This document shows positions 1-14,092 of a stretch of DNA of 64,000 bases, in pieces. The stretch's first letter is position 1, and each line of letters starts with the position of its first letter. The translations under genes were made by a program, and so were the position numbers. The stretch lies in NCBI GenBank assembly GCA_002269645.1, contig NIVC01000001.1:310001-374000 (forward strand). Direction: 5' to 3'. The notes under the pieces were generated by a model, which was not told where the DNA came from, ran no database searches, and worked only from the letters and a program-made list of their open reading frames with translations. The stretch comes from Macrostomum lignano. Its lineage: Eukaryota.

Positions 1-1119
1 CCCCAATTATCAGCTAAACCCTTCTCTTGACCAAGCGGCAGTCACCCCAATTATCAGCTAAACCCTTCCCTTGACCAAGCGGCAGTCAGCCCAATTATCA
101 GCTAAACCCTTCCCTTGACCAAGCGGCAGTCAGCCCAATTATCAGCCAACCCCTTCCCTTGACCAAGCGGCAGTCAGCGCAATTATCAGCTAAACCCTTC
201 CCTTGACCAAGCGGCAGTCACCCCAATTATCAGCCAACCCCTTCCCTTGACCAAGCGGCAGTCACCCCAATTATCAGCTAAACCCTTCCCTTGACCAAGC
301 GGCAGTCACCCCAATTATCAGCCAACCCCTTCCCTTGACCAAGCGGCAGTCACCCCAATTATCATATCAGCCAAACCCCTTCCTTTGACCAAGCGGCAGT
401 CACCCCAATTATCATATCAGCCAACCCCTTCCTTTGACCAAGCGGCAGTCACCCCAATTATCAGCCAACCCCTTCCCTTGACCAAGCGGCAGTCACCCCA
501 ATTATCAGCCAACCCCTTCCCTTGACCAAGCGGCAGTCACCCCAATTATCAGCCAACCCCTTCCCTTGACCAAGCGGCAGTCACCCCAATTATCATATCA
601 GCCAAACCCCTTCCTTTGACCAAGCGGCAGTCACCCCAATTATCAGCCAACCCCTTCCCTTGACCAAGCGGCAGTCACCCCAATTATCAGCTAAACCCTT
701 CCCTTGACCAAGCGGCAGTCAGCCCAATTATCAGCCAACCCCTTCCCTTGACCAAGCGGCAGTCACCCCAATTATCATATCAGCCAACCCCTTCCTTTGA
801 CCAAGCGGCAGTCACCCCAATTATCAGCCAACCCCTTCCCTTGACCAAGCGGCAGTCACCCCAATTATCATATCAGCCAACCCCTTCCCTTGACCAAGCG
901 GCAGTCACCCCAATTATCAGCCAACCCCTTCCCTTGACCAAGCGGCAGTCACCCCAATTATCAGCCAACCCCTTCCCTTGACCAAGCGGCAGTCACCCCA
1001 GTTATCATATCAGCCAACCCCTTTTCTTGACCAAGCGACAGTCAGCCCAATTATCAGCTAAACCCTTTTCTTGACCAAGCGGCAGTCACCCCAATTATCA
1101 TATCAGCCAACCCCTTCCC
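1..1119. repeat. Minisatellite, 44-bp unit (49-50-bp variants)
   Basis: CCAAGCGGCAGTCACCCCAATTATCAGCTAAACCCTTCCCTTGA in tandem; lies in the neurexin intron downstream of exon 4. Confidence 0.95.
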
Positions 1120-2099
1120 ATCTTTGTATATATGCAAGTGAAATTATCAACACAAAAATTGAACACGGCGTCTCAATATCTAAAGAAAATGCCCAATTAT
1201 AGGGAGACTGATTTATTTATGCACGCCGCAAGATATTTCTAATGACCGGCACCCAAAATTCGTGTCTCGCATTAAGCAGGCACTCCGAACTCCGGGTGTT
1301 AAAGATCAAGATTAGTTCAAAAGCTCGGCCACTGGACCAGCCTCCCTTGCGGCACTAACGATTGCAAAATCCATCCCGGATTTATGGAGTTATCGGCAGT
1401 GGGTGGGGGAAGAGAAAACGCTAAGCATGTCGCTTTTAGCTCCCGTACCGAAAGTATCGAGTTTCCCAGCCCCGGAGCAATTTTCCATTATTTCTGCTTC
1501 GGGGCCGACTTTGCAATCGCTCGCATAGCATTTTCCTAAAGGCTGCAGCTTAGAAGGAGATGCATGATGAAGAAAGAGGCTGAGTTACAGTCTTTCAGAC
1601 GGCATTAGGCTGACGCTGCTAGGAGGCTAAAGCCTGACCGAGGGACCCCGGCACTTAGGGAATCTAAGGAGCGGCCCTGCAGCATCCCACTTGGCTGCAG
1701 GTGCAATTCTTGACTATTTAGGCTGATTGATTCGTTCATTGAATGGGAGAGCCCAGCAAGATGGAGCGGGAGATGCTGGGGGGAATTGCTTGATAAAAAA
1801 GCGCTGCTCCAGGCCGCGTCATAAAATCCCACAAAGCCAACAAGCCGAGGATTCACCCGCGGCCCAGTCGTGACAGTGGTTTACAACCTCAGTAAGTTGA
1901 AAAATGACCGCGACTGCAATATCCAAGAGCCTACAAAATATACTATTGATTTGGGGAACTTAAAAAAATAAAAAAATCCCGACTCTTTGGAGCAATTCCT
2001 GACTAATTGCTGCTTTGCGCAGTAAAACTCTGTCCAGGCCTTTTTGGCGCCACTCTGAGCATAGCTGGGGTATACAAGTATACTCAAATCTCTACTCAC

Positions 2100-2243
2100 C
2101 AACATAAATGAGAAATGCGGTCAGTTGTCGTGTCCGGTACTGCAGGCTGATGGCGTCCGAGCGCCCGGACAGACCCGGCTGGCTGCTCACGTTCAGGTAG
2201 ATGAAGCCCAGTCCGTTGAATGTGGTGGGGAACTCGTGCTTGA
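2100..2243 (-). CDS. Nrx-1: Neurexin-like gene, exon 4: start of LNS2; the gene continues beyond the left edge
   Basis: Acceptor CGCAG|TC, phase 1 matching exon 3. Reads VKHEFPTTFNGLGFIYLNVSSQPGLSGRSDAISLQYRTRQLTAFLIYVG, resembling neurexin 'ATF.G..Y..YDL...IQSSSDEITLSF.T.Q.NGL.LHTG'. Donor TG|GTGAGT. Confidence 0.8.
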
Positions 2244-2344
2244 CTGCGACGTGGGGTTGGGGGTGGCGGAGGTTGCGGCTCATCGGTTTCTTTAGTTTAA
2301 AATGCAGACAAGCAGAAACATGACAGTCAGTCAACAAAGACCGG

Positions 2345-2397
2345 TGGACAGACAGACAGACAGACACACAGACAGACAGACAGACAGACAGGCACTA

Positions 2398-2477
<80 letters not shown>

Positions 2478-2485
2478 CGACAGAC
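2345..2485. repeat. (GACA)n microsatellite
   Basis: Direct read. Confidence 0.95.
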
Positions 2486-3757
2486 GCACAAATTCAGTAG
2501 GCCATTCTGCAATGAAGCCAGAATCTCCGTGACTGTGACCAGAGATAAATTAGAGAGGAGTCCATAGGCAGCGCTCCTGATCACTGGACCAATATTATAT
2601 CCCCAATACCGGTACCCCACACTAATTTTGCGCCGAAGATTAAAGTACAGCAAAAGCGCTTGAATTTGCGCCAGTCGGGCTGCGCAAGCTGCCGGCTTAT
2701 CTGCCGCACTCCCCCCCAACACCCCCCACCCGCTGCTCTCTCGCCAATTCACGGCTCCCTCGGGGGTTTCTCGCCGCGCGTAGCTCCAAGCGAGCGAACC
2801 AAGCTGGCCTCCCGCAGCCCCCGCAGAGGCAGCGGCGGTGGCGGCTCTCGGCTCCAAGGCTGCCCCCAATTTCCCTTGCTAGGCCGGCAGAGGCAGAGAG
2901 AGAGAGAGAGAGAGAGAGTCCAACTCACTGAGAGTGACCTCTGATAATGGCAGCTGGGTGAAGGAATTAAGACCTCACTGAGGGAGGTTCGACAGCTCGA
3001 ATCTCGGGACCGCTGGAGTGTGTTCGGCCGGCATTCTGGACCCCTTCCAGAAGCTACAAAGTTTCAACAGCCGCTCAGCTCAACAGCTAGAATTTGACAC
3101 CTTTATAATAAATTGATTGATGAGGTGAGAATTAAAATCCGTCCCAATTTGGCAGACAACTACGCGCTCGTAACTACATTTTTTTGTTTGCTAATCCTGC
3201 GAAACTGCATGTGGCTCTGGATGGTAGAGCTCTGAGGGTGGGCAGCTGAGAGATGAAGAACGGGCGGGCGGAGCACGGGGGCAGCGGCTCAGGATTTGGG
3301 CCATCCTCAGCAGGCAGTGATGGATGCACGATGGGCAGGCCTGCAGCTTCTCCATTTTCCGCATGGATTCAACAGTTGGAAATGGGATGGGGACAGACAG
3401 ACAGACAGCCGGAGGGAGGGGAAGAGAGAGAGGCAGTTGAGGCCGATTTCAAAATCAGCCTGGTAGGTCAGACGGAGGCTCCAGTCAAGCGTTTTATCAG
3501 GACTTCTCCGGGTCTCCTGCGCAGCTACCCAGTTGTTCTTATTTTAGTGCAGCTCAGCGGCTGGGGTGTCTGCTTTCTTTACTGTCGGAATGGCTCTCTC
3601 GCATCTACTTTAGAATTCAACTCCAGGCCTGATTGATTAGTCCGCTAAGTCTGAAATTCGATTTAAAAACTGTCTAATTGTATTTTTTGTTACTTTAGAC
3701 TGGCTGTTTCACAGCGAGTTGGGATTTGCGTGTTGTACGTGTCTTCGGCTCCGTCTA

Positions 3758-4325
3758 GAGTCCATATTGACCCACCTGAAGAGTCCATATTGACACACCT
3801 GAAGAGTCCATATTGACCCACCTGAAGAGTCCATATTGACCCACCTGAAGAGTCCATATTGTCACACCTGAAGAGTCCATATTGACACACCTGAAGAGTC
3901 CATATTGACACACCTGAGGAGTCCATATTGACCCACCTGAAGCGTCCATATTGACACACCTGAAGAGTCAATATTGACACACCTGAAGAGTCCATATTGA
4001 CCCACCTGAAGAGTCCATATTGACCCACCTGAAGAGTCCATATTGTCACACCTGAACAGTCCATATTGACACACCTGAAGAGTCCATATTGACACACCTG
4101 AGGAGTCCATATTGACCCACCTGAAGCGTCCATATTGACCCACCTGAAGAGTCCATATTGACACACCTGAACAGTCCATATTGACCCACCTGAAGCGTCC
4201 ATATTGACACACCTGAAGAGTCAATATTGACACACCTGAATAGTCCATATTGACACACCTGAAGCGTTCATATTGACACACCTGAAGCGTCCATATTGAC
4301 CCACCTGAAGAGTCCATATTGACCC
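3758..4325. repeat. Minisatellite, 23-bp unit
   Basis: GAGTCCATATTGACACACCTGAA in tandem. Confidence 0.95.
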
Positions 4326-4852
4326 TAAGAGTCCATAAGAGCCATTTCTATCAATTATTTCTTCCCCACAAAAAAGTGCCTGAAATTTGTTATAGCAGAA
4401 CTCATCTTTGTTCTCGTTAAGTCCCTAAACCAGACACGCAATTAGTCAATAGGCTTTCTGCTTTGTGCAAGTTTGCAAGCAGTTATCCTCTGTCCGTCAT
4501 GTCTGCGTTGTCTTCCACCTATCCGAGCCCAAGGCGTCCAGATCTCGGTGGCGCAGAGATATTTGCCCAGCCTAAATTGAAGTGTCACAAATGATTGATT
4601 GATCATCGACTTCTATTTGGCTATTTTGGCGGAAGAAGGAAATTTGAGTTTTGCCCAGTCTTTCGCGCGGGGCAGCGCGGGACGGACCGCTGGCTCTGCG
4701 CATCTCTCGTTCTTCGCTTCCGGAACTTCTGCTGAGAAAGAAGAGCGAGCTTTTTGCAGTGGCCTTCGCAGCGTCTCCTTCCCTCTGCGCTTGTCGAATT
4801 TCGCATATTATTTGTTAAGTCTTAGCTAAGCTAAAAGCCTTAGCTTTATTGG

Positions 4853-5165
4853 TGTCTGGTTTCTGGTGTCTTGGAGTCTGGTGTCTGGTGTCTAATGTCT
4901 TGGAGTCTGGTGTCTGGTGTCTAATGTCTTGGAGTCTGGTGTCTGGTGTCTAATGTCTTGGAGTCTGGTGTCTAGTGTCTAATGTCCTGGAGTCTGGTGT
5001 CTAGTGTCTAATGTCTTGGAGTCTGGTGTCTGGTGTCTAATGTCTTGGAGTCTGGTGTGTTGGTGTCTAATGTCTTGAAGTATGGTGTCTAGTGCCTAAT
5101 GTCTTGGAGTCTGGTGTCTGGTGTCTAATGTCTTGGAGTCTGGTGTCTGGAGTCTGGTGTCTTAA
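4853..5165. repeat. Minisatellite, ~29-bp unit
   Basis: CTGGTGTCTAATGTCTTGGAGTCTGGTGT in tandem. Confidence 0.9.
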
Positions 5166-5194
5166 AGTCTTGTGTCTGACTCCTGTGTCAGGAC

Positions 5195-5415
5195 TCACAC
5201 ACGCGCTCACGCAGGGTGTACAGCAGCCCCGACTTTCTATTCATCAGGCATGTACTCTCTCTGTGCCTTGGGGGTCAGCCCCCTGGAGTGTGAATCGCAC
5301 GATAACCCAAGGTAATTTAGTGCACACAAGCCCCCAAAAAGAATGTGGCCGCGCAGGGAATCGAACCAGACACTCTGCCCCCCATGCCTTGGTGTCTTAC
5401 TGCCTATCTGCCTGC
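5195..5415 (-). mobile_element. SINE family B copy
   Basis: The reverse complement has GGTTCGATTCCC followed by CCCAAGGCACAG..GTACATGCCTG..AAAGTCGGGGCTGCTGTACAC. Confidence 0.6.
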
Positions 5416-5434
5416 CAGCACTCCCCGCACTCAC

Positions 5435-5606
5435 TGCAGTCACAGCAGGGGCAGCAGTCGCTTTTCATCCCGGAGACTCCGTCACCACAGACGGCGGCCA
5501 TCGCAGCGAGGGCGGCAATGAGGGGAACGAAGTCCCACCTGAGCTGCCAGCTCCGCAGCCGCTCTCCAGCCGGAGTCCTGAACCAACGAGCTCGCCGAAT
5601 CGCCAT
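5435..5606 (-). CDS. Candidate alternative first exon inside neurexin intron 3
   Basis: GACATGG start context; MAIRRARWFRTPAGERLRSWQLRWDFVPLIAALAAMAAVCGDG...; donor GCA|GTGAGT in phase 1, matching exon 4. Confidence 0.35.
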
Positions 5607-6214
5607 GTCCTGAAGTCTCTGAAGCCGGCGGCCTGTCTGGACTCTACGGTTTCACTTCTCAAGCCATCAGCCGTTCGATCCGAACCACTCGCAGCAGTTT
5701 TGCATGTCTTCTGCCTAGCCTGAATCTAGATTCTCTCCGCGCTTTATTGTCTCTATGCGGGGAAACTCAAAGCAAATATAGTCCGAGCAAAGTTGGCAAA
5801 TAACAGTCCCGATTAAGACGAGAATTAATTGGCTGTTTGTTCAGTGAGCAGCTTGAGTATAGTTGCTTTATGCAATCGGGGCGAATATCAGTCGCTAAGC
5901 CGGGCTTGGAGTGTCGTGACCGAGCAGAACCGGTCCGCTCTTCTCAGCTGCAGCTTTGCGCGGCGTTTCTGCTTCCACTAATGATCCGGCGGCAGGGGTA
6001 ATTTTTCAATCGGCTGGCCTGACAGTTGCTGGGACTTTTGCTGCGCTGCGTCCGGCCAAGTCCTCAAGCGTTTTTATTGTTTCTGGCTTGACAGCGCCTG
6101 CAGTGAGCGTTGGGGCTGCGGGACTGCCTGTTGTTGGCTGGGACTGCCGGGAGCCAATGGGAGGCGGGGAGTTGGGAATTGGGGATCAGGGGAAGAGAAC
6201 TGCGTGCTGCGGTA

Positions 6215-6858
<644 letters not shown>

Positions 6859-9509
6859 CATTTAACCTGTCCGTGTCCATCATTCCGGCCACTTGACCCA
6901 AAATTATCGAAGTCACTTAAAATCCTTTTCACTTTCCCTTCTTTTCAATCTGTCTTTGTTTTTCCACATTACAAGAGGTAAAAATGCAAAGATATGCCGA
7001 GAGAAAAGTCTGTTTAGCCGGCTGATGGATCGCCTTATTGAACCGGCAGGGCCGGGGGCTGCCAGCTTCACACCTGCGCAGGCTGCTGGGGGAGGCGGCA
7101 GAGCCAAACCAAAACGCTGCCAGGAATTCGTTCTGCTGTTTTCCTGCCCTCTGTCCCCCCTCAGCTTCCTCTCTATTTTTCTTGGCCTTTTATTTCTATT
7201 CAAAAGCAATCCCAGCCACTGTTCCCGCTGCCAGCTTGACTTTGCACAGAATCCCTAAGCTTCATCAATCCTATTGAGGTGGCTTACAATCTGTTTAGCG
7301 GTCAGCTGCATGGAAGCTGGAATTCCCAAGCGCCTCATCAGGTGACTGAGCGGCAGATACTGCAGCCCTTGGCTCCCACCGGCTGATGACTGGTTTTACT
7401 TTATTATCGGAAAGTCCAAATGAATTAGTAAAGAGATTTGTGACTCGTGTGACTCAACAAATTCAGATTGCAAAGGTAACAGCATTCACGGAAAGAGAAG
7501 GTGTACACGCAGACAAAAGGAAATAGGAGAAAGGAGACAAAAATGGGTTTTAGATTTTCCGCGTTTTTTATCAGTGACAAAGCGAGGGAAGTCTTTTGGA
7601 TTTTCTGGGTTTTATTTTTACTATTCAAGACAAATGATCACAACGAGTTTATTTATATTTTCCGGGTTTTATTTTAACGTCGGGTCGGATTGCATTAATA
7701 AAGCCGTTTTTGTCATATAGTCTCTGACAAAATTCTTCAAGTAGTGTACTAGAGGATTTGGTATTTGTACATCGCCGGACATATAAAGAGACGTTGAAAA
7801 TAAAAATCGACAGAGATCGCTGGAGCAGAAACTTATAATTCCTTGTATAGTTAGTATTTTTTCTTTTCCCTTGCTCAGGTGTCAAAATATAAATTTAGGA
7901 TATTTCTTAAAAAATAATCGATATAAATTAATTGTTCCAAGTGGGGCTGTGCATCCCAACCCTTGCTACTTTCCTTCTACTCTAGTTTTTTTTTAACTTT
8001 ATAGTCCTTGGTAAACTGGTTAGTTAGCCGTGCACTCTAATATTTTTTGCAATGGAATTCAATTTAAATCTTAAATTAAAAGGTTTAAGTTAATTTTTTT
8101 TAACTAAAAATATAATAAAGTGCGGGTGTAAAAAAAAAATTAATATACGATTGATATTAATAATTTAAACAATCAGGGTAAATATTGTAAAAAAAGAAAA
8201 AAATATAACAAATCATTGAATAGTGTCAAAATCAAGCTTAAATTTGAAATTTAGACTTCCGCTCGTTGCCTCACACTTAAGACATTGCTAAATATGCAAA
8301 AATAAAGGACAAAGTACTATTGTTAGTCTCAGAAAATTCATGTCTATGGCCTTACTTGGTGATTATTTAGTGGCTTTGATTTTACGAAAAATTAAATTAT
8401 CTTCAAAACTGAGGCAAGAAATAGAATGTTTCACTTTGGTGATTGATTGCTTGATTTGATTGATTGATTTGATTTTGACTAATTGATTGATTCGACTACA
8501 GTGTAAGTGAAAAGTAAAAATTTATTGCCCTTATCATACCCTGAATGTTCTACTGCTTGTACAGTAGTATGGGTAGCGTTTTGAGGACATGTCTCTTTTT
8601 TGCGAACAAATGCAGAAAGCAGGCATTGAAAAGCGATTGGAAATTCTTTAAAATGGCTATTTAGTGCAGATTCGAGCCCATTGGGGCTATTCAGCTTCGG
8701 ATAGGCGGTCTGAGCCATCATCGGAACACGGATTCGCAATATCCCTGCTTTGTGTGCGGAGCGATTCACTATGAAAACATCCCCCATGCTCTACCACGAA
8801 TCCCTCCTAATCTCAGCTCTGAAGAAGAGAAATCTGCTTTAGCAGAAGCAGCAGCAAAACCTCGGACTCTATGCTTGTTAGTCCGGAGCTCTGGAGCCTC
8901 TCATTGAATTTCGAATAAAAGCAGAAGTCACTGAAAGTGGCAGTGATCCGTTTTGCTTCTGCGCTGAGGGCAGCTCAGATTTCTTTGCTGCGAGCCGAGA
9001 ATAACTTGCCCCAGCAACTGCGGTTAGAGCCCCGCTCATACTAATGAGGACTATCAAGCCCTGTGCTTGGGCCTAATGGCGATCCAAATTTGCTTCTTAG
9101 GAGAAAAAGCAATCTCTTTGTAAAGTATAAACCCTGAGAGGAGGAGAGCCGGTCTTCTTCTGGCCAGCGGTATCCTCTTCATCTGGGACTCCGAGCGAAG
9201 AAAACACTTTTGAGAGGCCGAGAGTCGGCGCTGAAGGGCTGGGCCGCGGCAAACACAATCACTGCTGGGGTCTCGCAGGGCCGAGCTCGCCTAGCTTGAG
9301 CAGGGATTCCAAGATTAAGGCTAGATAATATGCCAGTCGGCTGAACTCGCCAGCCAATCGATGGGGTGGGACACAAAATGAAAGTTTTAATTTTCCCATG
9401 CTGCATTGCTGAGAGATGAGATTCACTTTCGGCTGACTTGTCACTTGCCACTTTGATGTTTTCCACCGCCTTAAGAGACATTAGAATTAGTTATGTTTCA
9501 ATAAAACTT

Positions 9510-10010
9510 CGGTGTTGTTGCTTTTGGGGTGTTGTTTTTGGGTTGTTGTTTATGGGGTGTTGTTTATAGGGTGTTGTTTTTGGGTTGTTGTTTATGGGGT
9601 GTTGTTTTTGGGGTGTTGTTTTTGGGTTGTTGTTTATGGGGTGTTGTTTATAGGGTGTTGTTTTTGGGTTGTTGTTTATGGGGTGTTGTTTTTGGGTTGT
9701 TGTTTTTTGGGTGGTATTTTTGGTGTTGTTTTGGGTTGCTGTTTTTAGGGGTATTTTGGGGTGTTGTTTTTTGGGGTGTTGTTTTTTGGGTGTTAGTTTT
9801 GGGTTGTTGTTTTTGGGTGTTGTTTTTGGGTGTTATTTTTGGGGGTTTGTTTTTATGGTGTTGTTTTTGGGGTGTTTTTTGGGGTGTTGTTTTTTGGGTG
9901 TTAGTTTTGGGTTGTTGTTTTTGGGTGTTAGTTTTGGGTTGTTGTTTTTGGGTGTTGTTTTTGGGGTGTTGTTTTTGGGGTGTTTTTTGGGGTGTTGTTT
10001 TGGTTTGTTG
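9510..10010. repeat. Degenerate GT-rich simple repeat (GGGTGTTGTTTTT-like)
   Basis: Direct read. Confidence 0.9.
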
Positions 10011-10981
10011 CTTTTCTGTTTTTCTGGATTCTGCTACCGAGACGCAGTTGTTGTGACGCTGATAATGGGGTACTGTTATTTTTGGGGCGCGTTACTTTTT
10101 AATCATATGTCAGTTTAATCATAGCTTTTAGTTTATAAAAAATCTGCACAGAGTAACATAAAAATTTCGCTGCTAATGTCAATGCTCATTGGCGGACAGA
10201 TCCCAATCAGGAGGGCCTTTGACATCATCGATTCCTGCATTGTTCATATCGATTCTGCCCAGGCACATAGGGAATCGCCTCTATCCTTTGAACTCTTTCC
10301 CTTCGTTTTGCATTTCGGGCAATTTTTAGAAATTTATCACCACCCCATCCTGAGCAGTCTCGGCATCAAATTCTCAGGGCGGTCAATCAATTCCAGACAC
10401 GAGGCCCCAAGGACGGGAAATCAGCCCTTTGATACTAATAGAGAAGAATGGAGCACGTGTCTTATAACCATCTGTACTGGTTTGCTTTTATCAGCTAGCT
10501 GGAGCAATTCAACTTTGTTTTAATCCTCAGCTGTATCCGGCCGGACCTGTGGGCGGCCGCCTCTATCAGCGGGATGGAGCCGCCCTCTGTGCATCGGAGT
10601 GCCGCGGGATTTCATTCATAATTAACCCTACCCCCCCCTAACTAGTCCAGCATCCATCATGTCAGCAGCGCCCCATCGCCAAGCTGCTGCTGTTGTTGAT
10701 TTTTTGCAGCCCACAAGTCCAGCGCAGTTGAGCCGCAGAGCTGAGCCAGTTTTCCACTTAGCAGTTGAAGTGGAGCCGGACTGATAATGGCCGGCTTGAG
10801 TACTTACTCAAGCGCACTGTATGCACTGCTCAGACAGCTCTGACGGCCGCTCGTGCCGCTTCTCCTTTGGCGGCATGTCAATCCGCGTCCCTACTGGCTG
10901 ATTCTGATTGATTCGCGCACCCATGCGGATGAGGGCTGCCGTGAATATCGAATCAGTCAACGGCTTCTTAATAGTGCAAGT

Positions 10982-12360
<1,379 letters not shown>

Positions 12361-13214
12361 TTGTAATAAAAATTACAAATCAACTAAACTGTGAGTTTAA
12401 TTTGCAGAGGAGAGCCCAGAGCCCAGTATTCAGACAGAGAAGGATTGACTCCAGAGACTCCTGAGCGGCAGAGGGAGGAACTGCCGCACAGCCATCAGCC
12501 AAGCCGGCCCCAAGCCACAGCTTGAGGTTGCCCTAGAAAGCAGATCAAGTCTGCAACTCGCCATTCTTTGCTGCTCAGGCTGCTCACCTCATGCCTGAAC
12601 CTGTCATAAAAAATACGCACAGAAACGAAAATCGGGGGGGGGGGCAGCCCTGCAGTTGGCGCGCTGCCGCAAGAGGGGATTCCTATAATTTTAATGGGGA
12701 TCGGATTGTCACCGGGGCCTGGGAGGGCGGGCTTGTCAGGTTTTCGTTTTCTTTAAACTCGCATTATCGCTGCGGAGACCCTCACTTCGCTCCTCCTTTC
12801 CCTGTCCCCGCGGGAGGGCCTGACTAACTAGCCTTAATTCCGGCAGCTGTGCTCACAACATGTCTCAGCCCATAGTCTCTAAGGAGCTGGTCAGCTCACA
12901 GGTTTGACTGTTTAACAGCACAGAGCCTTGAGTCCCCCCTCCCCTGAGTACACGCTGGCGCAGAGGCCAAATTCACTCCCTAAGACAAACTTCTTACTCA
13001 GCAGAACTCCTCACTTTGATTGACAAGTGCAGGCATTGCTGCAAAAGCGTGATTTATTGCCAAGTGTTGATCGCCCTGACAGCTGATCAAACCCCCCCCC
13101 CGAGTCACCTCCGCTCCCGCTGCTTTGGGTTGGTTAAGGAATGGCTCTGCAGATCTCAGCCTCCATGACCTCTTTCTCTCACTTTTGAACTTCTTTCTTT
13201 AACATCTCCTTATC

Positions 13215-13530
13215 TCCCTTCCCTACCCTCTCCTACTCTCCCTACCCTCTCCTAATCTCCCTAACCTCTCCTAGTCTCCCTACCCTCTCCTACTCTCCCT
13301 ACCCTCTCCTACTCTCCCTACCCTCTCCTACTCTCCCTACCCTCTCCTACTCTCCCTACCCTCTCCTACTCTCCCTACCCTCTCCTACTCTCCCTACCCT
13401 CTCCTACTCTCCCTACCCTCTCCTACTCTCCCTACCCTCTCCTACTCTCCCTACCCTCTCCTACTCTCCCTACCCTCTCCTACTCTCCCTACCCTCTCCT
13501 ACTCTCCCTACCCTCTCCTAATCTCCCTAC
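13215..13530. repeat. Minisatellite, 19-bp unit, C/T-rich
   Basis: CTACTCTCCCTACCCTCTC in tandem. Confidence 0.95.
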
Positions 13531-14024
13531 CTTTCTCTTTTCTCGACACTCTGACTTCACACTTGGCCTTCCATTATCGAGGCCACCAGGGTTCCAAATG
13601 TTTATCCGAATACGAATTATAGATTCTCACCACCAGTCCAGCCACCAGCAAAGCCTAATTGATTGCACCTTCCACGCTCCCCAGTTGTGAAAATATTCGC
13701 CCAAAATAGCAGTGTCTTACCCCAGCAACAGGTGGCAACAAATGCCAAAGTTTCCGCTGTCTCCATGCGGAATTCCCCCCCCCCCGCCTCCCTCAAGCCG
13801 AATTCGAGCGAGGCCTGTCGCCAACCTGTAAAAATACGAGCCGCAGACAAGGTTGGCATCCCATATTTCCCCTCGATTTTTCCTCCCAACCTGCCAGGTG
13901 GCCTCAAAGTCTTTCCGCTTTGTTCGAAATATCGCATAAGCACTTCTGTGGCCTACCCGATTAACGCGAACATCTCATATAGCTGACGACTATTTATACG
14001 ATAATTGGGCACCCTGGTGCAAGT

Positions 14025-14092
14025 CCCACAACCCCAGCGCTCACACAGGGGTGCACAGCGACCCTGACTTTCTAATAATCAGGTATGTACAT
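14025..14092 (-). mobile_element. SINE family B core fragment
   Basis: Reverse complement GTACATACCTGATTATTAGAAAGTCAGGGTCGCTGTGCACCCCTGTGT. Confidence 0.5.

Noticed and set aside
10807-10924. Minus-strand ORF MGARINQ...IQCA followed by GTAAGT
   Set aside because: A TGA stop immediately precedes the donor and there is no signal peptide, so it cannot join exon 4 productively.
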